Of a stretch of 53,450 nucleotides of DNA, positions 9,862 to 18,026 are shown in pieces. Numbering within the stretch: the stretch's first letter is position 1; each line of letters begins with the position of its first letter. The notes below the pieces were generated by a model. The model was not told where the DNA came from. It saw only the letters and a program-made list of their open reading frames with translations, and ran no database searches. Made by a program: the position numbers and the translations under genes. Source of the stretch: Candidatus Falkowbacteria bacterium (GTDB lineage Bacteria > Patescibacteriota > Patescibacteriia > CAIXNZ01); assembly GCA_016927685.1 (NCBI GenBank), contig JAFGMD010000004.1, positions 1-53,450 on the forward strand, given 5' to 3'.

Positions 9862-11205
9862 TTAATCAATAATTTCCACGGTCACGTTTAATTTTGTGAC
9901 CTCATCTCTGGTCATGTCCAACATGTAGCCGTTAACTGATTGTGTCGCTGCCGTTACTCTGACAGCCACTAAATCAGCGGCTGAGGCATAGGTATAATTA
10001 ATCTTGATTATTTCTTCGCTGTCAGGCGTAATGCTCAAGATTGTGCCTAATTTGGCATCGTTTTTATACTTATTGCCGCTGGTCGGAACAATGTGGAATA
10101 GTTCGACTTTCGGATAATTGGAGCTGGAATTGTAGCAATACAGCGTATGATTGGATTGCAAGGTTACATCAGCTTTGTTATAGCGCCCAGAAAGCTGGCA
10201 ATTAATGCCTGTCTGAGGCGTAAATAAGCCGACATAACTGGCCCATTCACTATAAGCCGTATTGGCATTCATGGTGCCGGCTGCCAGCACAACCCGGCCG
10301 ATCAGGTCAGGATTTTGGCCATGCAAGTCAGGATACCAGGTGGCTGCTTCGCCTTTCCAGACCTTGATTTCAATCTGCTGTCCTTGGCTAAATCCCGCGT
10401 TAAATGTTTGTGTGGCGCTGGTTTCCATAATTTTATTATTATAGAAGTTGCCGCTTAAGCGCACCACATAAGGATTGCTGTTGGTCAGCGTGATTTTTTG
10501 CGCCGTAAAGTCAAAGATGTAATTCAGGCCGGCATAGGATAGCGTGCCAGTGATATGGTCAGGCGGCGGCGTGGCAGTCACTGTGATATTCACAGTCATA
10601 GTAGATGACTTTGGCTCATCATTATTGTCAGTAGCCGTGAATTTTGCAGTGTAGGTGCCAGCAGAGCTTGGCGTCCAGGAAAAATTTCCTGTCACAGTAA
10701 CCGCGTTATTGGTCACATTGGAAAAGCTGGCGCCATTAGGGATTACCCAAGATAATGTTACCTTGTCATTGTCAGCATCTGTGGCTTGGACTTGAAAACT
10801 GATATTGGTGCCGACCACCACTGTTATAGAATCAATTGGCGTAAAAGTCGGCGCATGATTTTCGCCCGGAGGTGGACAATCATTAGGACAATTTTGCTGG
10901 GTTTCGCCGGCTTCACATGTCCCATCATTGTCGCAGATTGGCGCAGGATTGCAGTCATTGGGGCAATTTTGTTGCGTTTCTCCGGCTTCACAGTTGCCGT
11001 CGTTGTCGCAGACAGGTTCAGGCGTACAATCAGCCGGACAATTTTCTTCTGTTTCATGCGCTTCGCAGAGACCGTCTCTGTCGCAAACGGTTTGCGGGTT
11101 GGCCGGATTATTGTCATCAACAGAACTGCCGTGCATTTGTTCTGGTCCGTCGCAAGCCATAAAGCAAGTTAACAGGAAAATAAAAAGACAGATATGTAAT
11201 TTCAT
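9862..11205 (-). CDS. Putative lipoprotein with three Cys-rich repeats and a cadherin/Ig-like (He_PIG-type) domain
   Basis: Lipobox FMA|C; 3x CD.DG.CEA.ET..NCP.DC; NHAPTF..ATDADND..FSWTP..GTY..TATD domain; AGGAGG SD; visibly higher GC than flanks. Confidence 0.8.
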   Translation of the reverse strand: MKLHICLFIFLLTCFMACDGPEQMHGSSVDDNNPANPQTVCDRDGLCEAHETEENCPADCTPEPVCDNDGNCEAGETQQNCPNDCNPAPICDNDGTCEAGETQQNCPNDCPPPGENHAPTFTPIDSITVVVGTNISFQVQATDADNDKVTLSWVIPNGASFSNVTNNAVTVTGNFSWTPSSAGTYTAKFTATDNNDEPKSSTMTVNITVTATPPPDHITGTLSYAGLNYIFDFTAQKITLTNSNPYVVRLSGNFYNNKIMETSATQTFNAGFSQGQQIEIKVWKGEAATWYPDLHGQNPDLIGRVVLAAGTMNANTAYSEWASYVGLFTPQTGINCQLSGRYNKADVTLQSNHTLYCYNSSSNYPKVELFHIVPTSGNKYKNDAKLGTILSITPDSEEIIKINYTYASAADLVAVRVTAATQSVNGYMLDMTRDEVTKLNVTVEIID

Positions 11206-11217
11206 GTTTTTTCCTCC

Positions 11218-11637
11218 TTAATCCAGCTTATAGGCTTGGTCGTCGCCGCATTGTTCCCATTCACCCGAATCAATGTTTTGGCGCTCAATGTGGATATAGA
11301 TAATTTCATCCATCTCAACATAGATTTGTTTTTTCCAGTCCATATCATTGGCCCAGACATAGGCGTCTTTAAGTACGTAGCCGCCGTTTTCCAAAGCAAT
11401 CCAGACTCGGGCGAGGCGGTCTTCGCGGTTTTCGATTTCCAGATATTTCCAGTACTCTTCTGAAGTTCTCTGATCAATGCTTGTGGTAAAGGTAAATTTC
11501 ATGTTGCACTGAATACAATAGGTGGTGTCATCAAACGGATTTTTGACAGAAGCGACCTCTTCGTCATTAATGGAAACGCCGCATGAGGTTACTATGCCTG
11601 CCAAAACAAAAAAGATTGCTAAAAATACTTTTTTCAT
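11218..11637 (-). CDS. Putative lipoprotein, hypothetical
   Basis: Start moved to ATG 11637 (AGGAGG at 11642-11647); MKKVFLAIFFVLAGIVTS|C lipobox. Confidence 0.7.
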   Translation of the reverse strand: MKKVFLAIFFVLAGIVTSCGVSINDEEVASVKNPFDDTTYCIQCNMKFTFTTSIDQRTSEEYWKYLEIENREDRLARVWIALENGGYVLKDAYVWANDMDWKKQIYVEMDEIIYIHIERQNIDSGEWEQCGDDQAYKLD

Positions 11638-11649
11638 GTTTCCTCCTAT

Positions 11650-11697
11650 GCCCTCCGTAACTTTAGCCCGCATTGGCGAGGCCATGTGAAGGAGGGC
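11650..11697. repeat. Small palindromic element in the 5' leader of the lipoprotein operon
   Basis: gccctcc (11650-11656) / ggagggc (11691-11697) terminal IR. Confidence 0.6.
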
Positions 11698-11761
11698 CTG
11701 TGTTTTTTGACCTTATTTTCCAATTACCGATTATATATTTATAAAGGTACGAGAATAGCTA

Positions 11762-11790
11762 AGAATATCATTTTTTTGCGATTTTGTCAA
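11762..11790 (-). promoter_or_regulatory. Promoter of the lipoprotein operon
   Basis: TTGACA-N17-TATTCT with TG extension, minus strand. Confidence 0.7.
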
Positions 11791-11809
11791 TATTGTCTTA
11801 TTTTTTCTC

Positions 11810-11838
11810 TTGTCATAAAATAATATTTGTAATATACT
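11810..11838 (+). promoter_or_regulatory. Promoter of secD-secF
   Basis: TTGTCA-N17-TATACT. Confidence 0.65.
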
Positions 11839-11895
11839 TTTATTAACCTTGTAAGGGCTTTTTTTATTTAAATAAATAAATAATCATTATATTTT

Positions 11896-13938
11896 ATGGC
11901 GAAAACAACAGGCGCAATTAGTCCAAGATTAAAGGTGCGCATTTATTTCTTATTAATAATAATCGTAGCCATTTTAGGCGGCTTTTTTGTTTATCCAAAT
12001 TTATTTGATAAACCAGTTGATTGGCTGAATGCCAAGCTGGGGACGGCTATTCCGTATATTTGGACCAAGCCGTTTAAGCTGGGGTTGGATTTGCAGGGCG
12101 GAACCCAATTAGTATATGAAGCTGACGTTTCTTCTTTGCCAGGCAAGGATAAAGGCGATGCTCTTGAGGGCGTACGCGATGTTATTGAAAGGCGCGTTAA
12201 TGCTTTTGGCATAGCCGAACCATTAGTTCAGACCACAAAGTCAGGGGATAAATACAGGGTAATTGTGGAATTAGCCGGCATTAAAAATGTGGATGAGGCC
12301 ATTAAAATGATTGGCGAAACTCCTCTTTTGGAATTCAAAGAAGAAGCCACCGGACCCAAAGAATTAACAGCTGAACAGAAGGAAGAAATGGAAAAATATA
12401 ATAAAGAAGCCAGGGCTAAAGCGCAAACAATTTTGAGCGAGACGCAAAAAAAACCAGCTGAATTTTCCAATATTGCCAAAGAAAAATCAGAAGATGTGTT
12501 GAGTAAAGATGCTGGCGGCGATTTGGGTTATATTAAAGATGGGGGAGCGCATAGCGAATTTTTAGCGTCTATTAAAGAAATTAAAGTTGGACAAATATAT
12601 TGGAAAATAATGGAAAATGGGGAGGGCTATAATATTTTAAAAAGGGGAGAAAACGGTTCAGATGCTGAAGTTAAAGCGTCTCATATTTTAATTTGTTATA
12701 AAGACGCACCTAGTTGCACTTTGGATCTTTCTAAAGATGAAGCAAAAAAGAAAATAGAAGAACTCAAGGCTAAAGCCACGCCGGATAATTTTGCTGAATT
12801 AGCCAAGGTGAATTCTACTGATACTGGAAGCGGAAGCAATGGCGGCGATTTGGGCTTTTTTAGCAAAGGCATGATGGTCAAAGAATTTGAAGACGCGGCT
12901 TTTGCCCTGAAAAACGGTGAGATATCTGACATTATTGAATCGCAATTCGGTTTCCATTTGATTTATAAGACAGATGAAAAGCAAGTGACAACTTATCAAG
13001 TTTCGCGCATTTTGATTAAGAAAAAGGTTGAAAGCGATTATGTTTCTCAAGATCAATTCCAATATACTGGCTTAACTGGCAAACATTTAAAAAGAGCAGC
13101 CGTGCAATTTGACCCACAAACCAATGAACCACAAGTTAGTTTGGAATTTAATGACGAGGGAACTAAATTATTTGGAGAAATCACTGGCAGAAATGTGGGT
13201 AAAATTGTTGCTATCTTTCTGGATGGTGAAGCAATTTCTACACCCAGGGTTAATGAAGCCATAACGGGAGGCAGCGCAATTATTTCGGGCAAATTTGACT
13301 TGGAAGAAGCTAAAACTTTGGCCCGCAGGCTAAATGCCGGTGCTTTGCCAGTGGCTATTGAATTAGTTAGTCAGCAGACAGTCGGCGCTACGCTAGGCCA
13401 GCAATTTGTTGATAAAAGCTTAACCTCCGCGCTTTTGGCCTTTATTTTGATTACTATTTTTATGGTATTGTATTATCGTTTGCCAGGCCTGCTTGCTATT
13501 TTAGCTTTAATAATTTATACGGTTATAAACTTAACTATTTATAAATTATTGCCAGTCACTCTATCATTATCAGGCATTGCTGGTTTTGTTTTGTCAGTCG
13601 GCATGGCTGTTGATGCTAATGTGCTTATTTTTGAACGTTTAAAAGAAGAATTGGGATTAGGTAAGCCACTGGCTTCAGCCACAGAAGAGGCCTTTAGGCG
13701 CGCTTGGACATCAATTCGTGACGGCAACTACACGACCCTACTTTCCTGTTTCTTCTTATATTGGTTTGGCACCAGCATGATTAAGGGTTTTGCCTTGACT
13801 TTGTTTATCGGCGTAGTTTTGTCAATGTTGTCAGCCATTACAGTCACTAGAACCTTTATGAGAATTATTAACGGCTGGGGTTTGGTTAATAGATTGAACT
13901 GGCTGTTTTTAAGGCAGAAAAATAAGAATCAGATTTAA
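11896..13938 (+). CDS. secD: Protein translocase subunit SecD with inserted parvulin-type PPIase domains
   Basis: KLGLDLQGG, IERRVNAFG, ARRLNAGALP, GMAVDANVLIFER; internal KASHILI..GGDLGFF..EFEDAAF..SQFGFHLI rotamase motifs. Confidence 0.96.
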   Translation: MAKTTGAISPRLKVRIYFLLIIIVAILGGFFVYPNLFDKPVDWLNAKLGTAIPYIWTKPFKLGLDLQGGTQLVYEADVSSLPGKDKGDALEGVRDVIERRVNAFGIAEPLVQTTKSGDKYRVIVELAGIKNVDEAIKMIGETPLLEFKEEATGPKELTAEQKEEMEKYNKEARAKAQTILSETQKKPAEFSNIAKEKSEDVLSKDAGGDLGYIKDGGAHSEFLASIKEIKVGQIYWKIMENGEGYNILKRGENGSDAEVKASHILICYKDAPSCTLDLSKDEAKKKIEELKAKATPDNFAELAKVNSTDTGSGSNGGDLGFFSKGMMVKEFEDAAFALKNGEISDIIESQFGFHLIYKTDEKQVTTYQVSRILIKKKVESDYVSQDQFQYTGLTGKHLKRAAVQFDPQTNEPQVSLEFNDEGTKLFGEITGRNVGKIVAIFLDGEAISTPRVNEAITGGSAIISGKFDLEEAKTLARRLNAGALPVAIELVSQQTVGATLGQQFVDKSLTSALLAFILITIFMVLYYRLPGLLAILALIIYTVINLTIYKLLPVTLSLSGIAGFVLSVGMAVDANVLIFERLKEELGLGKPLASATEEAFRRAWTSIRDGNYTTLLSCFFLYWFGTSMIKGFALTLFIGVVLSMLSAITVTRTFMRIINGWGLVNRLNWLFLRQKNKNQI

Positions 13939-13964
13939 GAATTAAGAATTAAGATATAAGATAA
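13923..13964. repeat. Heptamer TAAGAAT tandem repeat at the secD/secF junction
   Basis: taagaat cagatt taagaat taagaat taagata taagata. Confidence 0.65.
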
Positions 13965-13968
13965 AAAT

Positions 13969-14943
13969 ATGAAAATTATAAAATATAGAAATTATTATCT
14001 GGCTGTATCTGGAATTTTAACTTTGATAGCAATTTTATTATGGATTATGTGGGGTCTGAATTTGGGCATTGATTTTACAGGAGGCAGTTTATTGGAAATT
14101 GAATATAGCCAAGATCGGCCGTCTGTTAGCGAGGTTCAGTCGCAATTAGCTGATTTGCAGCTTAAAGGTTTAAGAATTCAGGCAGCAGGAGAGAAAGGAT
14201 ATATTTTAAGATTTCAGGATACTGGAGAGGAAATTCATCAAGAGGTCATGTCTAAATTAAAAGGCGAGCAAACAGCTGATTCTGGCCTTAAGATTGAAAC
14301 AACTGGCGCCGCCAAAATTGATGTTGTCACTGATTCTGCCTCGGCTCAAGTTATAGAAAAGAAATTTGAATCAATTGGTCCTTCCATTGGCACAGAATTA
14401 AAAACAAAGGCCCTTTATGCTATTATTTTTGTAGTCATTTCTATAATTGCCTATATTGCCATTTCTTTCCGCAAGGTTTCTTATCCGGTAAGTTCTTGGA
14501 AATATGGCGTGGCAGCAGTTATTGCCCTTATCCATGATATTTTTATGACTGTTGGCATATTTGTGATTTTAGGAAAATTTTTAAATTTTGAAATCAATAC
14601 TCCTTTTGTAGCTGCTTTGCTGACTATATTAGGCTATTCAGTCAATGATACAATCGTGGTTTTTGACCGCATAAGGGAGAATTTGCATAAATATGAGGGC
14701 GAATTTGAGGAAATTGTAGAAAAAAGTATCTGGGAAACTATGGCCAGATCAATTAATACCATTGTCACTGTAGAATTAGCACTGTTGGCCTTATTAATCT
14801 TTGGTGGCGGAGTTATTAATGACTTTGTTATGCCCCTGTTAATTGGTATTTTCTTTGGCGGTTATTCTTCTATATTCATTGCTTCTCAAGCCATTGTTGT
14901 TTGGCAGAAGTTGGATTGGGTCTTGAAAAAGTCCGAATCTTAG
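13969..14943 (+). CDS. secF: Protein translocase subunit SecF
   Basis: LNLGIDFTGG, IGPSIG.EL, ALIHD, GYSVNDTIVVFDRIRE, ARSINT. Confidence 0.97.
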   Translation: MKIIKYRNYYLAVSGILTLIAILLWIMWGLNLGIDFTGGSLLEIEYSQDRPSVSEVQSQLADLQLKGLRIQAAGEKGYILRFQDTGEEIHQEVMSKLKGEQTADSGLKIETTGAAKIDVVTDSASAQVIEKKFESIGPSIGTELKTKALYAIIFVVISIIAYIAISFRKVSYPVSSWKYGVAAVIALIHDIFMTVGIFVILGKFLNFEINTPFVAALLTILGYSVNDTIVVFDRIRENLHKYEGEFEEIVEKSIWETMARSINTIVTVELALLALLIFGGGVINDFVMPLLIGIFFGGYSSIFIASQAIVVWQKLDWVLKKSES

Positions 14944-14966
14944 CCAAAATATTATTAATATTTATT

Positions 14967-14991
14967 AAAAGAGCGAGATTTTCGCTCTTTT
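14967..14991 (+). terminator. Intrinsic terminator after secF
   Basis: aaaagagcga-gattt-tcgctctttt. Confidence 0.8.
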
Positions 14992-15004
14992 TATTTTTTA
15001 TGGC

Positions 15005-15082
15005 TTGACACCCTTGCTTTATCTGGGTTATAATAATTAATGACCCGTATCCCTTGACATAATTTTTTTTATATGTTATACT
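15005..15082 (+). promoter_or_regulatory. Tandem sigma70-type promoters
   Basis: TTGACA-N18-TATAAT (15005-15034) and TTGACA-N17-TATACT (15054-15082). Confidence 0.7.
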
Positions 15083-15151
15083 ATAGAATGATTTATTAAG
15101 TCGATTTTATGTCTAAAATCAGATGATAATTTTATATCAATATATACAAAT

Positions 15152-16222
15152 ATGAATTCCAAAATAAGAACAATTAGCTACGCAGAATTAGTGAATTCTT
15201 TACTTGGCAATTTGCCAGAAAGGGAGCGCGAAGTTTTGCAAAAAAGAAATGCTTTAGCCGATTCAAATGTTTCTACTTTAGAGCAAATCGGTGAAGATTA
15301 TAATATTACTCGCGAAAGAGTTAGGCAAATTGAGAAAGAAGGCTTAAGAAAGCTTTTAAATTTGGATTATGAAAAAGCTAAACTGCCCATTTCTGATTTG
15401 CAGTCTCAAATCGAGGAATATTTAAAAACCCACGGCGGTATAATGGCTGAAAATCATTTAAGGGAAAAATTATTAATTGAACGCCAAGCAGAAGAGGAAA
15501 AAGCATTAAATTTCCTTTTGGGCTATATCCTGGGTTCAAAATTTAATAGAATTAATGATCATGATGAATTTCATGTTATTTGGCATCTTGAAGGCGTTGA
15601 TTTGAAGACAGCCCTGGAAATTGCCAATGCTTTAAAAGGAATTATTACAAGCCAAGAATCACCAATGCATTTCGAAGATTTATACGAACAATTCCAATCG
15701 CATAATCTCTATGAAAAAGTTGATAAAACGCCTGGCGATAATCAAGCTATTATTGAAGCGCTTTTAAAAGCCACGCGCGATATAAATAAAAATATTTTAA
15801 ATCAATGGGGTTTAGCGCACTGGAACACCATTAAACCAAAAAGAATGACTGACAAGGCTTATTTGATAATGTTGAGGGAAGGAAAACCATTGCATTTTAC
15901 AGAAGTTTCTGATTTAATCAATCAGGCAAATTTTGACCATAAAAAGGCCTGTCCAGCCACTGTCCATAATGAATTAATACTTGATGATAAATATGTTTTA
16001 GTCGGCAGAGGCATTTATGCTTTGCGCGACTGGGGCTATCAAGAAGGCACTGTGGCCGATATTATTGAAAAAATCCTAAAGGAAAAAGGCCCAATGACTA
16101 AAAAAGAACTGATGGATGAAGTTTTGAAGCAAAGAATGGTGCAGAAAACCACAGTTACTTTAGCCTTAATGAATAAAGACAGATTTAACAGACAAAAAGA
16201 CGGCCTTTATAGCATAGTTTAA
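15152..16222 (+). CDS. Sigma70 region-4 HTH plus HARE-HTH (RNAP delta-like) protein
   Basis: LPEREREVL..TLEQIGEDYNITRERVRQIE; C-terminal KPLHF.EV..ATVHNELI.D..YVLVGRGIYALRDWG. Confidence 0.8.
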   Translation: MNSKIRTISYAELVNSLLGNLPEREREVLQKRNALADSNVSTLEQIGEDYNITRERVRQIEKEGLRKLLNLDYEKAKLPISDLQSQIEEYLKTHGGIMAENHLREKLLIERQAEEEKALNFLLGYILGSKFNRINDHDEFHVIWHLEGVDLKTALEIANALKGIITSQESPMHFEDLYEQFQSHNLYEKVDKTPGDNQAIIEALLKATRDINKNILNQWGLAHWNTIKPKRMTDKAYLIMLREGKPLHFTEVSDLINQANFDHKKACPATVHNELILDDKYVLVGRGIYALRDWGYQEGTVADIIEKILKEKGPMTKKELMDEVLKQRMVQKTTVTLALMNKDRFNRQKDGLYSIV

Positions 16223-16240
16223 AAATAAATTACATATAAA

Positions 16241-16275
16241 TAAAAGAAACCTCCACTTTTTGGTGGTTTCTTTTA
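16241..16275 (+). terminator. Intrinsic terminator
   Basis: taaaagaaacc...ggtttctttta stem. Confidence 0.7.
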
Positions 16276-16321
16276 TTTTTACTGACCAAATCTAATTAAT
16301 TGTGGTATAATATATAAAAGT

Positions 16322-18025
16322 ATGGAATCAATCACTATCGACACATTAATCCAAACTGTAATATTGAATTTGGAGATATTTTTTAGTCAATTTTCTACCA
16401 TGACATCTTGGGAGATAATTTGGAATTTGCTATTTGTTTATCAGGGCTGGATAATTTATTTAATTATTGTCGGCAAGTTTTTAATTTTTCCCGAATACAT
16501 GTTTTATATCAATAATCGCTGGTTTGCGAAAAATATCCAAATGACGCTTTTAGCCATTGATGTGCCCAGAATGAATGAACAAAGCATCCAAGCCATGGAA
16601 AACCTTTTTGATCATTTGCAGGGCGCACATGGCACTTTTAACTGGTGGCAAACATATATTGATGGTGAATTTCAGCTCTCTTTTTCCTGCGAATTAGTTA
16701 GTATTGAGGGCAATGTCCAATTTTTAGTAAGAACGCCAAAACATTTGCGTAATTTAGTGGAAGCCGCTGTTTATGGCCAGTTTCCAGACGCGGAAATAAC
16801 AGAAGTTGAAGATTATGTTAATTCTGTGCCGCGCATTTATCCTAATGAAACCCATGATGTCTGGGCTTGCGAATTTACTTTAAGCGCCAAGGAAGTATAT
16901 TATCCTTTAAAAAGTTATATGAAATTCCAGGATAGATTTTCTGAAACATTTGTGGATCCTATGGCCGCTTTATTGGAAACAATGAGTTCAATTGGTATAG
17001 GCGAACAAATCTGGATCCAGTATTTGATTAAGCCAATGGAGGTGGGCTGGGGCCGTAAAGGCGGACAAAAGTTGATAAATAAAATGTTAGATATTAAGGA
17101 AAAAGCTCCTTCGCCTGGTTTATTTGGCGGCGCTTTGACAGGCGCTTCAACGCTAGCCAGTGAATTTATGCAAGAACTGGCAGGAGTGGGTTGGTCAGGA
17201 GGAGAAGAAAAAAAAGAAGAAAAGCCAATGGCTAAAATGATGGCTTTATCGCCAGCTCAGCGTGAGCTTTTGGAAGGAATTGAAAGAAAGATCTCTAAAT
17301 TGGCCTTTAATACTAAAATTCGCTTTATTTATGTAGCTGAAAAAAAACATATGAATAAGGCCGTAGGCGTAAATGCTGTTATTGGCGCCATTAAGCAGTG
17401 GACTGATATGAATTCTAATGGTTTAAAGCCGGCTTTAAAAGAAACAGGTACTAATACGCCATTTTATTATTTAAGAGATTATAGGCGCAATACTAGAAGA
17501 AATACAATTATGGCTGCTTATCGCAGCAGAAATGGTGTTTTAGGCATGCCAGCTAAACCGCTTTGCAGCGAAGAATTGGCGTCTTTGTGGCATTTCCCGA
17601 GCATTAATGTTAAGGCACCTTTATTAAAACAAACTACTTTTAAAAAAGCCGCTGCGCCAGTTGGTTTGCCTTTGGTTGGCGAAGTGCCTGTAGTAGAAGC
17701 GCCGGCCAAGACAGCCGAAGCTATAGCAGAAAAAGCAGCTATAGAGCCAACCTTTGATTATGATAGTGATGCTTTTGAAAAACAATTTGCCAAAGATAAA
17801 GAGGCTTTTGCCGCTTCTCGGCCTGAGCGTGAAAAAAGATTAAAAGAAATTGCGGCTGAAGAAAAGGTGAGGATAAAAAAGCAAGAAGAAGAAAGGGTAA
17901 AGAAACAAAAAGAAGAGGTAAAAGAGAAAGAAACTTTAAAAGAAACTGTTGAGGTCAAAGCAAAAAAAGCTAAACCAGTTATTAAGAAAAAAGAAGCGCC
18001 TTCAAATTTACCTTTTATGGAATAA
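16322..18025 (+). CDS. Membrane-anchored hypothetical partner of a VirB4/VirD4-like ATPase, with charged C-terminal tail
   Basis: N-terminal TM; LLAIDVPR..MENLF..L, FSCELVS.EG.VQFL, QFPDAEITEV.DY, EELASLWHFP motifs recalled from CPR T4SS-like loci; E/K-rich tail. Confidence 0.65.
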   Translation: MESITIDTLIQTVILNLEIFFSQFSTMTSWEIIWNLLFVYQGWIIYLIIVGKFLIFPEYMFYINNRWFAKNIQMTLLAIDVPRMNEQSIQAMENLFDHLQGAHGTFNWWQTYIDGEFQLSFSCELVSIEGNVQFLVRTPKHLRNLVEAAVYGQFPDAEITEVEDYVNSVPRIYPNETHDVWACEFTLSAKEVYYPLKSYMKFQDRFSETFVDPMAALLETMSSIGIGEQIWIQYLIKPMEVGWGRKGGQKLINKMLDIKEKAPSPGLFGGALTGASTLASEFMQELAGVGWSGGEEKKEEKPMAKMMALSPAQRELLEGIERKISKLAFNTKIRFIYVAEKKHMNKAVGVNAVIGAIKQWTDMNSNGLKPALKETGTNTPFYYLRDYRRNTRRNTIMAAYRSRNGVLGMPAKPLCSEELASLWHFPSINVKAPLLKQTTFKKAAAPVGLPLVGEVPVVEAPAKTAEAIAEKAAIEPTFDYDSDAFEKQFAKDKEAFAASRPEREKRLKEIAAEEKVRIKKQEEERVKKQKEEVKEKETLKETVEVKAKKAKPVIKKKEAPSNLPFME

Positions 18026-18026
18026 T

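Noticed and set aside
10786-11221. Plus-strand ORFs 10786-11172, 10917-11162, 10928-11221 and minus-strand 10824-11120
   Set aside because: Shadows of the GC-richer Cys-repeat lipoprotein; no SD or motif.
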